43,366 bases of DNA. Source: Bacteroidota bacterium. GTDB taxonomy: Bacteria > Bacteroidota > Ignavibacteria > SZUA-365. Below are positions 1 through 7,394 of the stretch, piece after piece. Every line of letters starts with the position of its first letter. Position 1 is the stretch's first letter. Made by a program: the position numbers and the translations under genes. The notes under the pieces were generated by a model that was not told the origin of the DNA, did not search any database, and saw nothing but the letters and a program-made list of their open reading frames with translations. The DNA lies in NCBI GenBank assembly GCA_018224415.1, contig JAGTUZ010000199.1:1-43366 (forward strand). Reading direction: 5' to 3'.

Positions 1-68
1 TCCGGCATGGCCGTTCCGGCATGGCCGTTCCGGCATGGCCGTTCCGGCATGGCCGTTCCGGCATGGTC
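1..68. repeat. 14-bp tandem repeat (unit tccggcatggccgt), 4 full copies plus a partial copy, cut by the left window edge
   Basis: Read directly. Identical units sit at 1-14, 15-28, 29-42 and 43-56, then tccggcatggtc degenerates into a G run. Every unit carries an ATG, which is why track ORFs 7.. and 35.. start inside it. Confidence 0.9.
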
Positions 69-115
69 GGGGGGGGAAGGGTTGTTTCTCGCAGGCCATT
101 CCGATAGATTTGGCC

Positions 116-1165
116 ATGCTACTTCTCGTATTGCTCAGCGTGCTGATCATTCTCCTCTCCTTCCTCGCCTCCAGCATGGAAGCTGCCCTGTTTTCCGTGA
201 GCGCGGTGCAGGTCGAACAGATGCTCGAACGCCGGAAACCCGGTGCCGCCCGGCTGCAGGCCAACAAGGAACGCATCCAGGAATCCATTGTCGCCATCGT
301 TATTCTCAACAACCTGGCGAACATCGCCGGTTCGATATTCATCGGCGCCATCGCCGTCGAGGTATTCGGCGACTTGTGGGTGGGTGTGTTTTCCGGCGTC
401 CTCACTTTCGCGATCATCCTCTTCGGCGAGGTCGTGCCGAAAACAATCGGCGAGCGGAATGCCGCAGAATACGCGCGGCACACTGCCGGGTTCGTGTTCA
501 TGCTCCGTATGCTGTTCAAGCCACTGATTATCCTGATCGATGTGCTCATCCGTCCGATGGGGATGGACACCGATGCCAAGACCAAGATCGACGAGGAAGA
601 AATCCAGGTGCTCGCCCGTCTCAGCCACCGGCATGGCAACATCCTCGAAAGCGAAAGCCGCCTCATCCGACGCGTCTTCCAGCTCGACGACATCCTGGCC
701 CGTGACATCATGACACCGCGCACCGTTGTTTTCGCGCTGCCGGCGTACCGCACGCTCGAGGAAACGGCCGAGGATCTTTACCACGCCTCGATCAGCCGCA
801 TCCCGCTGTACGAGGAAGACCTCGATGACATCGTTGGTGTGGCGCATATCCGTGACCTGCTGGCCGCGCTTGCGAAAGGGAAGGGAAAGAAGACGCTGCG
901 GGATTTTGCCGACGAGGTGAGCTTCGTGCCGGATACGGTCAGCACCAACCGCCTGCTCGACACTTTCATGAAAAACCGCGAACACATTTCGATCGTGGTG
1001 GATGAATACGGCGGCATGGCGGGCGTCATCACGCTCGAAGACATACTCGAACAGCTTGTAGGGGAGATCGTCGACGAACACGATCTCGATGTGGACCTGC
1101 GCGTCAAGGCGCGCATGCAGCAGGAATTGCGGAGGGGGAAAGGGTTCGGGTCGAGAGACCGTTAA
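116..1165 (+). CDS. CNNM/DUF21 + CBS-pair membrane protein (HlyC/CorC-family putative divalent-cation transporter)
   Basis: Frame of ORF 35..1165. It has a hydrophobic multi-TM N-terminal half (DUF21-like, FGEVVPKTIG motif) followed by a CBS pair (ARDIMTPRT..., VVDEYGGMAGVITLEDILEQLVGEI). The start is moved to ATG 116 (MLLLVLLSVLIIL) because the first 27 residues of the ORF are translated tandem repeat. No CorC_HlyC C-terminal domain is visible. Confidence 0.85.
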   Translation: MLLLVLLSVLIILLSFLASSMEAALFSVSAVQVEQMLERRKPGAARLQANKERIQESIVAIVILNNLANIAGSIFIGAIAVEVFGDLWVGVFSGVLTFAIILFGEVVPKTIGERNAAEYARHTAGFVFMLRMLFKPLIILIDVLIRPMGMDTDAKTKIDEEEIQVLARLSHRHGNILESESRLIRRVFQLDDILARDIMTPRTVVFALPAYRTLEETAEDLYHASISRIPLYEEDLDDIVGVAHIRDLLAALAKGKGKKTLRDFADEVSFVPDTVSTNRLLDTFMKNREHISIVVDEYGGMAGVITLEDILEQLVGEIVDEHDLDVDLRVKARMQQELRRGKGFGSRDR

Positions 1166-2289
1166 TCCAGATCGAGGCCGGTGTCGAAACGCCAGGCCAG
1201 GCCGCCGCTGAAGATGAGATGCTTGGCGATGCCGGCGCCCGCGAAAATCTGTGCCCGACCGAGATGCGCCGTCACACCCAGCGTGAGCTTCACCGCATTG
1301 TCGTCGAGGGAGACCGGGGCCGTTTGTGGATCGATGTCATATCCGATCTCCTCCTTGATGTTCGCCGGCAGCGTGAAGGTGTAGCTGCCTTCCGAGGAAA
1401 GACTTTCAAAGGAAAATCCCGCATAGGGCTCTATCCAGTCAAATCGACGGCTGGCGTGAACGTTCACTGCAAACAGGTCGGTGCGCGCCTCGAGCTTTGC
1501 TCTGGTGATGCCGACTTCGTTCTCGATGGTGCTGTGCTGGAAGCCCACCTGTAACGCGGCGTCCACCGGCGCGTTGTCGAACCAGTTGGTGAACGCGTGT
1601 TTGACGGCGATGCCGAAAAAGGAAAACTTGCCGATGTTCACGTCGAAGACGACGGGGGGAACGTAGCGCAGCAGCAGCTCGGTGCTGTAATACGAACCGA
1701 TCGTGACCTGGGGAACAGCTGCCACAACCATGTCCTGATTTGTCCCCGGAGTGAGCGCAAGCTGGCTCGGCAACCGGGCGAGCGTCGCGCTGTCGATCCC
1801 GGCAACGTTCTTCTGGATGTACTCTTTCGGAATGGTGAAACCACTTCCCTCGGCGCCGAACACCGTGGCCGTTGTCACCCGCGTCTCCAGTTCACCCGCC
1901 GCGACGGCGCCGCGCAACTGCAGCTTGAAATAGTTCAGCTGCACCACACGCAGCCACTCCTGCGACAACGGGGCATGGGGGTTCGGCTTTTCGTCCAGTG
2001 GCAGCGTGGCGGTGAAGCTGCGTTCGTCGTCGAGTACGAAGGCAACCATCGAGCGCACGGACACGTCGATGTACAGGCGGTTTTTCTTCGGCACGTACGC
2101 CCGGTTGTAGAACGCGTCGTTCGCACCGACGTTGGAGACGATCACCAGCGGACTCATGAAGCCCTTGGCGTTGGTCGAGAAGAGCTCGAGCGAATAGTCC
2201 TCGAGCAGGGCCTTGGTGTCGAACTGGATCTGTGCGCCGGCGGGGCCGGCGAGAACGACGGTCAGCAGGATGATGGATACCAGGCGCAT
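1162..2289 (-). CDS. Secreted beta-barrel-like outer-membrane protein, family not recognised (paralog of 2300..3229)
   Basis: ORF 1162..2322 trimmed to ATG at 2289, giving signal peptide MRLVSIILLTVVLAGPAGAQ. The C-terminal half has alternating hydrophobic strands. It shares the block NIGKFSFFGIAVKHAFTNWFD...LQVGFQHSTI with the neighbouring gene. Confidence 0.6.
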   Translation of the reverse strand: MRLVSIILLTVVLAGPAGAQIQFDTKALLEDYSLELFSTNAKGFMSPLVIVSNVGANDAFYNRAYVPKKNRLYIDVSVRSMVAFVLDDERSFTATLPLDEKPNPHAPLSQEWLRVVQLNYFKLQLRGAVAAGELETRVTTATVFGAEGSGFTIPKEYIQKNVAGIDSATLARLPSQLALTPGTNQDMVVAAVPQVTIGSYYSTELLLRYVPPVVFDVNIGKFSFFGIAVKHAFTNWFDNAPVDAALQVGFQHSTIENEVGITRAKLEARTDLFAVNVHASRRFDWIEPYAGFSFESLSSEGSYTFTLPANIKEEIGYDIDPQTAPVSLDDNAVKLTLGVTAHLGRAQIFAGAGIAKHLIFSGGLAWRFDTGLDLD

Positions 2290-2299
2290 GGGATGCCCT

Positions 2300-3229
2300 T
2301 TAGATCGTGAAGCCGATACCAAGCGTGAGATTGTTCTGGACGCCGAAACTGTATTCGGCGGTCAGGTCGATCAGGGAGAAAAGAGATAGCGCGCCGCCCG
2401 CGGCGAAGCGAAGGTTGCGCCGTTGGAAGTCAAGCGTGATCGCTGTGGCCGGCAGCTGTGACGTGGCTTCCGACGTGTACGACACGGCGATGTCATAGGA
2501 CTCGTAGCCGACGCCGCCGAACAGGGTCACGTCGCTGAAGGCGACGCTGGCCTGCAGCAGGCCGGCGAGGCTGTTGCCGTCAACCACATCGCCGATGCTA
2601 AAATGCTGGTAGCCGACCAGTACGGCCAGGTCGAAGGGCACGTCGAGGTAATGCGTGATTTCGTGTTTGAGGCCGCCGCCATAAAAACTGATCTCCCCGA
2701 TCTTGTCATCGAAGCGCGAAGGGGGGAGTCCGCGCAGGATGATGTCGGTACCCAGCAACGGACCGATGGCTATCTGCGGCATGGCAATGACAAAGGCGGA
2801 AAGCCCGGTGCCGCCGGGGAAAGCGATAGGCGGCTGCGAGGGCTGGTCAGACGTGATGGTTGTGCCTTCGCCCCCAACGATCGTGGCTGTTGAGAAACTG
2901 CCGGGATAACCGAGCTCTGTCAGCTCCGGCGGCAGTTTGGCGATGAAACTGCGGTCGGCGTCGGGAATGTAGGTAGTGATCAGCTTCGCGCCGATCCAGA
3001 CATGGAAAACACTGTCGATGCGGGCCGTGTGCGAGTAGCCGCTGTTGATGCTGTAGCCCACTGCGTCGATGCCCGGACGCAGGTAGTCGCGGGCCATTTC
3101 CTCTACCCCGAGCCGCTCGATGAGGCCGCCGAGATCCTGTGCCGTCGCACGCGTCGCGGGCAGGATGGCGACTGCCAGGAACAGGAACCCGGTTACCGCA
3201 CGGACGAACTGCTGCCATTTCGGATACAT
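2300..3229 (-). CDS. Secreted beta-barrel-like outer-membrane protein, family not recognised (paralog of 1162..2289)
   Basis: ORF 2300..3295 trimmed to ATG at 3229 (MYPKWQQFVRAVTGFLFLAVAILPATRATAQ, a signal peptide). It has the block KIGEISFYGGGLKHEITHYLD...LVGYQHFSI and a C-terminal ...LTLGIGFTI strand. The gene starts 7 nt after the adk stop. Confidence 0.6.
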   Translation of the reverse strand: MYPKWQQFVRAVTGFLFLAVAILPATRATAQDLGGLIERLGVEEMARDYLRPGIDAVGYSINSGYSHTARIDSVFHVWIGAKLITTYIPDADRSFIAKLPPELTELGYPGSFSTATIVGGEGTTITSDQPSQPPIAFPGGTGLSAFVIAMPQIAIGPLLGTDIILRGLPPSRFDDKIGEISFYGGGLKHEITHYLDVPFDLAVLVGYQHFSIGDVVDGNSLAGLLQASVAFSDVTLFGGVGYESYDIAVSYTSEATSQLPATAITLDFQRRNLRFAAGGALSLFSLIDLTAEYSFGVQNNLTLGIGFTI

Positions 3230-3236
3230 ATGTCCT

Positions 3237-3791
3237 CTACGATCTTCCGTTGACTGCGTCGATGATCTGTTTCGTGATGTCGTCAATTCCGCCAACGCCG
3301 CGAATGTCGAGCAGCAAGCCCTTGTCGCGGTAGTAATCGGCCAGCGGCTCAGTGGTGTCGTGGTAGATGCGCAGACGCCTGCGAATCGTTTCCAGCTCGT
3401 CGTCCTGTCGTCCGCGTGTGCTGAGGCGTTTGAGCAGTTCCTCTTCGGGCACGATCATGTTGAGCACACCGTCGAGCTGTGCGCCCTCGGGCAGCATCTC
3501 TTCGAGGGCCGACGCCTGCGAGGGCGTGCGCGGATAGCCGTCGAGCAGGAAGCCATCGGCCACATCGGGCTGCGAGAGCCGTTCGCGAACCATGGCGTTG
3601 GTCACCTCGTCGGGCACCAGTTCGCCGGACTCCGAGTACCGTTTCGCTGCGATGCCGAGCGGCGTCTCGTTACGGATGTGCTCGCGGAATATGTCGCCGG
3701 TCGAGATATGAGAGATGTCGAAATATTTCGATATGAACTGGGCCTGCGTACCCTTCCCGGCACCCGGGGGACCGAAAATCAAAAGCCGCAT
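3237..3791 (-). CDS. adk: Adenylate kinase, short-LID type (no zinc-knuckle lid)
   Basis: MRLLIFGPPGAGKGTQAQ P-loop, TGDIFR, LLDGYPRT and RGRQDDELETIRRRL motifs. At 184 aa it is the short-LID form common in Bacteroidota-like lineages. Confidence 0.95.
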   Translation of the reverse strand: MRLLIFGPPGAGKGTQAQFISKYFDISHISTGDIFREHIRNETPLGIAAKRYSESGELVPDEVTNAMVRERLSQPDVADGFLLDGYPRTPSQASALEEMLPEGAQLDGVLNMIVPEEELLKRLSTRGRQDDELETIRRRLRIYHDTTEPLADYYRDKGLLLDIRGVGGIDDITKQIIDAVNGRS

Positions 3792-3891
3792 GTCGTCCTC
3801 GCGAAAAGAGATGGATAGGTTCTGCGTGTTGCGTGCGATGGGGTAAATCGATTGGAAAGTACGGATTTTCCGGAGATGAACAAATCAGACA

Positions 3892-5118
3892 TCAGGGATG
3901 CGGATTATGCCGGTCCAGTCCGGACGGTGTCGAGGCTTCCTTCCCAGCCGCATCGGCGGTCGGTATGTCGCCGCGCTTGTCGCTGTGCTTTTCGCTGTGC
4001 TTGTCACTGTGAGGCGCACGTGTGCGGCGCGTTTGTCCTTCGCGCGCACCTTCGCGCACGGCAAGCTGTCCGCAGGCGGCGTCGATGTCGCGGCCCGAGC
4101 TCGAGCGCAGCATGACGGTGACATGCACATCGCGCAGACGTTGCGCAAATTCCTCGATATGCGCGCGCGGGGGGGAGAGCAGTTGCATGGGCATGCCATC
4201 CGGATAGGCCGCGCCGATCGGATGAAAGGGGATGATGTTGACCTTGCTTGGCACGCGCCGGGTGAGTTTCGCGAGCCGGCGCACGTCGTCCACCCCGTCA
4301 TTGAGTCCGTCGAACAGAATGTACTCCCAGGTGATGCGACGGCGCGTGAGGCGATGATAATATTCCGCGGCGTCGATGATCTCGGCGAGCGGATACTTCT
4401 TGTTGATCGGCATCAAGCGCAGGCGCAGTTCGTCGGTTGTGGCATGCAGCGAGATGGCGAGCTTGATCTTGCGTCCCTCGTCCGCCATGCGGCGGATGCC
4501 GTCGGCCAGGCCGGCGGTGGACAGCGTGATATGGCTCGCGGCGATCGCCGCCGTTTTCTCGTGCGTGAGCAGCTCGGCCGCGGCCATGACATTTTCGTAG
4601 TTCAGCATGGGTTCGCCCATGCCCATGAACACGAGGTTGGTCACGCGTGATGCGCTGCGTTTCTGCACGGCGAGATACTGGCCAAAGATCTCCCCGGGAG
4701 TGAGGTTTCGCTTGAGTTTCATCGAGGCAGTGGCGCAGAACCGGCAGTCGAGCGGACATCCCACCTGCGTGGATACACAGATCGTGAGGCGTTTTGGCTG
4801 TCCGGCCTCCTCGCTTTCGGAGGGGATGAGAACGGTTTCGATGTTGCGGCCGTCCTCGAGCCGTAGCAGGAATTTCCGTGTGCCGTCCGTGCTGTGCTGT
4901 TCGGTCACCGCCTCCGGATGCGCGATGCGGAAACTTGTGGCCAGTTCCGCACGCAGCGTCTTCGGCAGGTTCATGCATTCGTCGAAGGTTTCCACTCCGC
5001 GGTTGTGCAGCCAGTAAAACAGCTGCTCGCCACGGAAACGGGGCAGTCCCGCCCCCTCGCAGACGTCCTGCAATTCCGCGACCGAGAGGCCGAAGAGATT
5101 TGGGGTGTTCGTTTTCAT
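3892..5118 (-). CDS. rlmN: 23S rRNA/tRNA (adenine-C2)-methyltransferase RlmN, radical SAM, with a basic low-complexity C-terminal tail
   Basis: ORF 3892..5319 trimmed to ATG at 5118 (MKTNTPNLFGLSVAELQ...RFRGEQLFYWL). It carries the CPLDCRFCAT radical-SAM cluster motif, MGMGEPMLN and the IDAACGQL C-terminal Cys. About 54 extra residues follow the conserved end. Confidence 0.9.
   Translation of the reverse strand: MKTNTPNLFGLSVAELQDVCEGAGLPRFRGEQLFYWLHNRGVETFDECMNLPKTLRAELATSFRIAHPEAVTEQHSTDGTRKFLLRLEDGRNIETVLIPSESEEAGQPKRLTICVSTQVGCPLDCRFCATASMKLKRNLTPGEIFGQYLAVQKRSASRVTNLVFMGMGEPMLNYENVMAAAELLTHEKTAAIAASHITLSTAGLADGIRRMADEGRKIKLAISLHATTDELRLRLMPINKKYPLAEIIDAAEYYHRLTRRRITWEYILFDGLNDGVDDVRRLAKLTRRVPSKVNIIPFHPIGAAYPDGMPMQLLSPPRAHIEEFAQRLRDVHVTVMLRSSSGRDIDAACGQLAVREGAREGQTRRTRAPHSDKHSEKHSDKRGDIPTADAAGKEASTPSGLDRHNPHP
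3976..4011 (-). repeat. In-frame 12-bp tandem repeat x3 encoding HSDK-HSEK-HSDK in the RlmN tail
   Basis: The + strand reads cttgtcgctgtg / cttttcgctgtg / cttgtcactgtg at 3976-3987, 3988-3999 and 4000-4011. Confidence 0.85.
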
Positions 5119-5330
5119 TGTGGGAAATGTAATGAAATTCGCGATGAGGATAAGAGGATGAGCAATGACAATGATGACAAGATGAGAAAATCGCAATGAT
5201 GACAATGGCGACAGGACGGATGATGACCGAATGTGCGTTCGGCGATTGGCCTTGCGAGGCCGTGGATTTCGACTTGTGCGCGGAGGAGGGGGATGGTAGA
5301 TTACAGGATTGTCCTGCATTCACCTCACCG

Positions 5331-6518
5331 TTGGAATCTTTCTCCTTGCGTTTCATTCTTGCTGTCCTGCTTCCCCTGGTTTTCCTCCTGCCGTCGGCGA
5401 AGCTTGCGGCGCAGGTGGCCGCGGATACACTCGCGCCGTCCGGTACGCTCGCGCCGTCCGGTACGCTCGCGCTGCCGGATACACTCGCGCTGTCCGGTAC
5501 GCTCGCGCTGCCGGATACACTCGCGCTGCCGGATACACTCGCGCTGTCCGGTACGCTCGCGCCGCCGGATACGCTGACGGCCGTCGCTGCACAGGGGATT
5601 GCTGATTCGACCGCGTCGCTCCGTGGTGACGATGGATCGGCGGGGGAAACAGCGATGGTGGAGTCCATCGAGACTGTCGGGAAGCCACTGCCGGTGCCAT
5701 TCGACGGTTATGATCCGATGCAGTCGCAGTGGAAGTGGGAACGCGCGGCGATTGTGGGGGGAATTCTCGGGGCGACGGTGACGGGCATTCATATTTACCA
5801 GCATAACGCCTGGTGGAAGGACCGCCGCACGAGCTTCCATTTCCAGAACGACTGGGATTACGCGATGAACGTGGACAAGGCCGGGCATTTCTTCGGCGGG
5901 GCGGTCGGCGCCTTCCTTGGCCGCAAGTCGCTCGAATGGTCGGGCGCGTCGCGCACGTCGTCGCTCTGGGGAGGTGCGCTGATGGGTGCGCTGTTTGAAT
6001 TGTATATCGAATTCGAGGACGGCTTCGCGCAGGACTGGGGATTCAGTCCGGGCGACGCCATGGCCGACGTCGCCGGGGCCGGCTGGCCGCTGCTGCAGGA
6101 GTATGTGCCGGGTTTCGAACACCTGCATCCGAAATTTTCCTATTGGCCGTCGCAGGCGCTGCGCGACGGCAATCACGACGGAAACATGATCGATGATTAC
6201 GAGGGACAGACGTTCTGGATGGGTGTGCATGTGCACGGATTGCTTCCGCGTTCATGGAAGCAATACTGGCCGGAATGGCTCGGTCTCGCCCTCGGCCTGC
6301 AGGTGCGCAATATGCCGCTGAAAGTCGACGGGCAGGTGATCTACGGCAAACCGCTCGAACGCCACCTGCTCATCGCCCTTGACTACGACATGACGAAAAT
6401 CATCCCGGGAGACGGCTGGCTGCTCAATGCGCTGAAGGAGGGACTGAACTTCATCCACTTTCCGGCGCCCGCCATCCGCATCTCGCCGGACTATATCGCT
6501 TATGGACTGTATTTCTGA
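5331..6518 (+). CDS. DUF2279 (YfiM-like) family exported protein with an N-terminal hexapeptide-repeat linker
   Basis: Frame of ORF 5196..6518. YfiM/DUF2279-like signatures are NVDKAGHFFGG and EFEDGFAQDWGFSPGDAMADVAGAG. The signal peptide (SLRFILAVLLPLVFLLPSAKLAAQ) begins about 45 codons into the ORF. I therefore prefer the in-frame TTG at 5331, which also leaves room for the divergent rlmN promoter. ATG 5196 remains possible. Confidence 0.7.
   Translation: MESFSLRFILAVLLPLVFLLPSAKLAAQVAADTLAPSGTLAPSGTLALPDTLALSGTLALPDTLALPDTLALSGTLAPPDTLTAVAAQGIADSTASLRGDDGSAGETAMVESIETVGKPLPVPFDGYDPMQSQWKWERAAIVGGILGATVTGIHIYQHNAWWKDRRTSFHFQNDWDYAMNVDKAGHFFGGAVGAFLGRKSLEWSGASRTSSLWGGALMGALFELYIEFEDGFAQDWGFSPGDAMADVAGAGWPLLQEYVPGFEHLHPKFSYWPSQALRDGNHDGNMIDDYEGQTFWMGVHVHGLLPRSWKQYWPEWLGLALGLQVRNMPLKVDGQVIYGKPLERHLLIALDYDMTKIIPGDGWLLNALKEGLNFIHFPAPAIRISPDYIAYGLYF
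5427..5576 (+). repeat. In-frame 18-bp tandem repeat, about 8.3 copies, encoding TLA(P/L)(S/P)(G/D)
   Basis: Units ac[ag]ctcgcgc[ct]g[tc]ccgg[ta][ta] were read consecutively from 5427. The translation is TLAPSG TLAPSG TLALPD TLALSG TLALPD TLALPD TLALSG TLAPPD TL. Confidence 0.9.
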
Positions 6519-7257
6519 GAAGGGACCCGCACTGTTGACCAGCATCGTCATTCCCACTTTCAACGAAGAAAAGCTCCTTCCGCAGATTCTTGCGCAGTTC
6601 CCGCCGGAACTGCTGGCGGCGAAAAACGTCGAGCTGATCGTGAGCGACGGCGGAAGCACCGACCGCACGCTGGATATCGCCCGCGAGCACGGCGCGAAGG
6701 TGGTGCCGCATACCGAAGCCCGTCGGCAGACCATCGCCGAGGGACGCAACCGCGGTGCGGAGGTGGCTGTCGGTGACCTGCTGGTGTTCATCAACGCAGA
6801 TATCCGCATCAGCGACCCCGAACGCTTTCTGCGCGAGGCACGGCGTCTCGCTGCGGAACCGGGCGTCGCGGGTCTCACGACGGTGGTGCATGTGTTCCCG
6901 GAAGAGGAACGGCGTTCCGACCGCCTCTTCCATCTCTGGCACAACAGCTACGTGCGCTTTCTCAACCTGATCGGCGAGGGCATGGGACGAGGCGAATGCC
7001 AGATCCTCACCGCAGACATGCTCCGCCGGGTCGGTGGCTACAACGCCGCCATGGTGGCGGGCGAGGATTACGACCTCTTCCGTCGCGTGCGCAAACACGG
7101 ACGCATCCGCATGCTGCCCGGCGTGACGGTGTACGAATCGCCGCGACGCTTCCGCAAGTATGGGTACCTGCACATTCTCTGGGGGTGGTCGCGCAATGCA
7201 CTCGCGGTGATCTTCCGCAACAAGTCCTCCAGCGAGGAGTGGGAAGCGGTGCGCTGA
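6502..7257 (+). CDS. Family 2 glycosyltransferase
   Basis: GT-A fold signatures are SIVIPTFNEEKLL, ELIVSDGGSTDRT, a DxD-like FINAD, and GGYNAAMVAGEDYDLFRRV. It overlaps the upstream gene by 17 nt, so the start is uncertain by a few codons. Confidence 0.85.
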   Translation: MDCISEKGPALLTSIVIPTFNEEKLLPQILAQFPPELLAAKNVELIVSDGGSTDRTLDIAREHGAKVVPHTEARRQTIAEGRNRGAEVAVGDLLVFINADIRISDPERFLREARRLAAEPGVAGLTTVVHVFPEEERRSDRLFHLWHNSYVRFLNLIGEGMGRGECQILTADMLRRVGGYNAAMVAGEDYDLFRRVRKHGRIRMLPGVTVYESPRRFRKYGYLHILWGWSRNALAVIFRNKSSSEEWEAVR

Positions 7258-7317
7258 CGCGGTGCGCTGACGCGGTGCGCTGACGCGGTGCGCTGACGCG
7301 GTGCGCTGACGCGGTGC
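7246..7317. repeat. 13-bp tandem repeat (unit gcggtgcgctgac), 5 full copies plus 7 bp; the first unit contains the GT2 stop codon
   Basis: Units sit at 7246-7258, 7259-7271, 7272-7284, 7285-7297 and 7298-7310, with partial gcggtgc at 7311-7317. The GT2 ends ...gcg gtg cgc TGA (7255-7257) inside unit 1. Confidence 0.92.
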
Positions 7318-7394
7318 ATGGAAACCGCACTTCCATCCGGCGGAGTTTTTGCTATTTTATATTATTGTGCTTGATTCAGCATGGAGTTGCGCGT

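Noticed and set aside
7-705. ORF 7..705 (+, 232 aa) starting in the 14-bp repeat
   Set aside because: It is an alternative frame of the well-supported CNNM/CBS gene. The translation is Arg/His/Pro-rich nonsense, and its start is just one of the repeat-borne ATGs.
1162-1165. Overlapping convergent stop codons (TTAA) of the CNNM gene and the barrel-like gene
   Set aside because: This is a real but trivial consequence of tight packing, and no extra structure is associated with it.
5119-5330. A purine-rich GATGA/AATGA-rich stretch (gatgaggataagaggatgagcaatgacaatgatgacaagatgag...) between rlmN and the DUF2279 gene. It might be a regulatory array or a small ORF (MMTMATGRMMTE...)
   Set aside because: It is only loosely periodic with no exact repeat unit, so it is most simply a divergent promoter/leader region. 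The ATG-rich peptide has no signal or homology that I can recognise.
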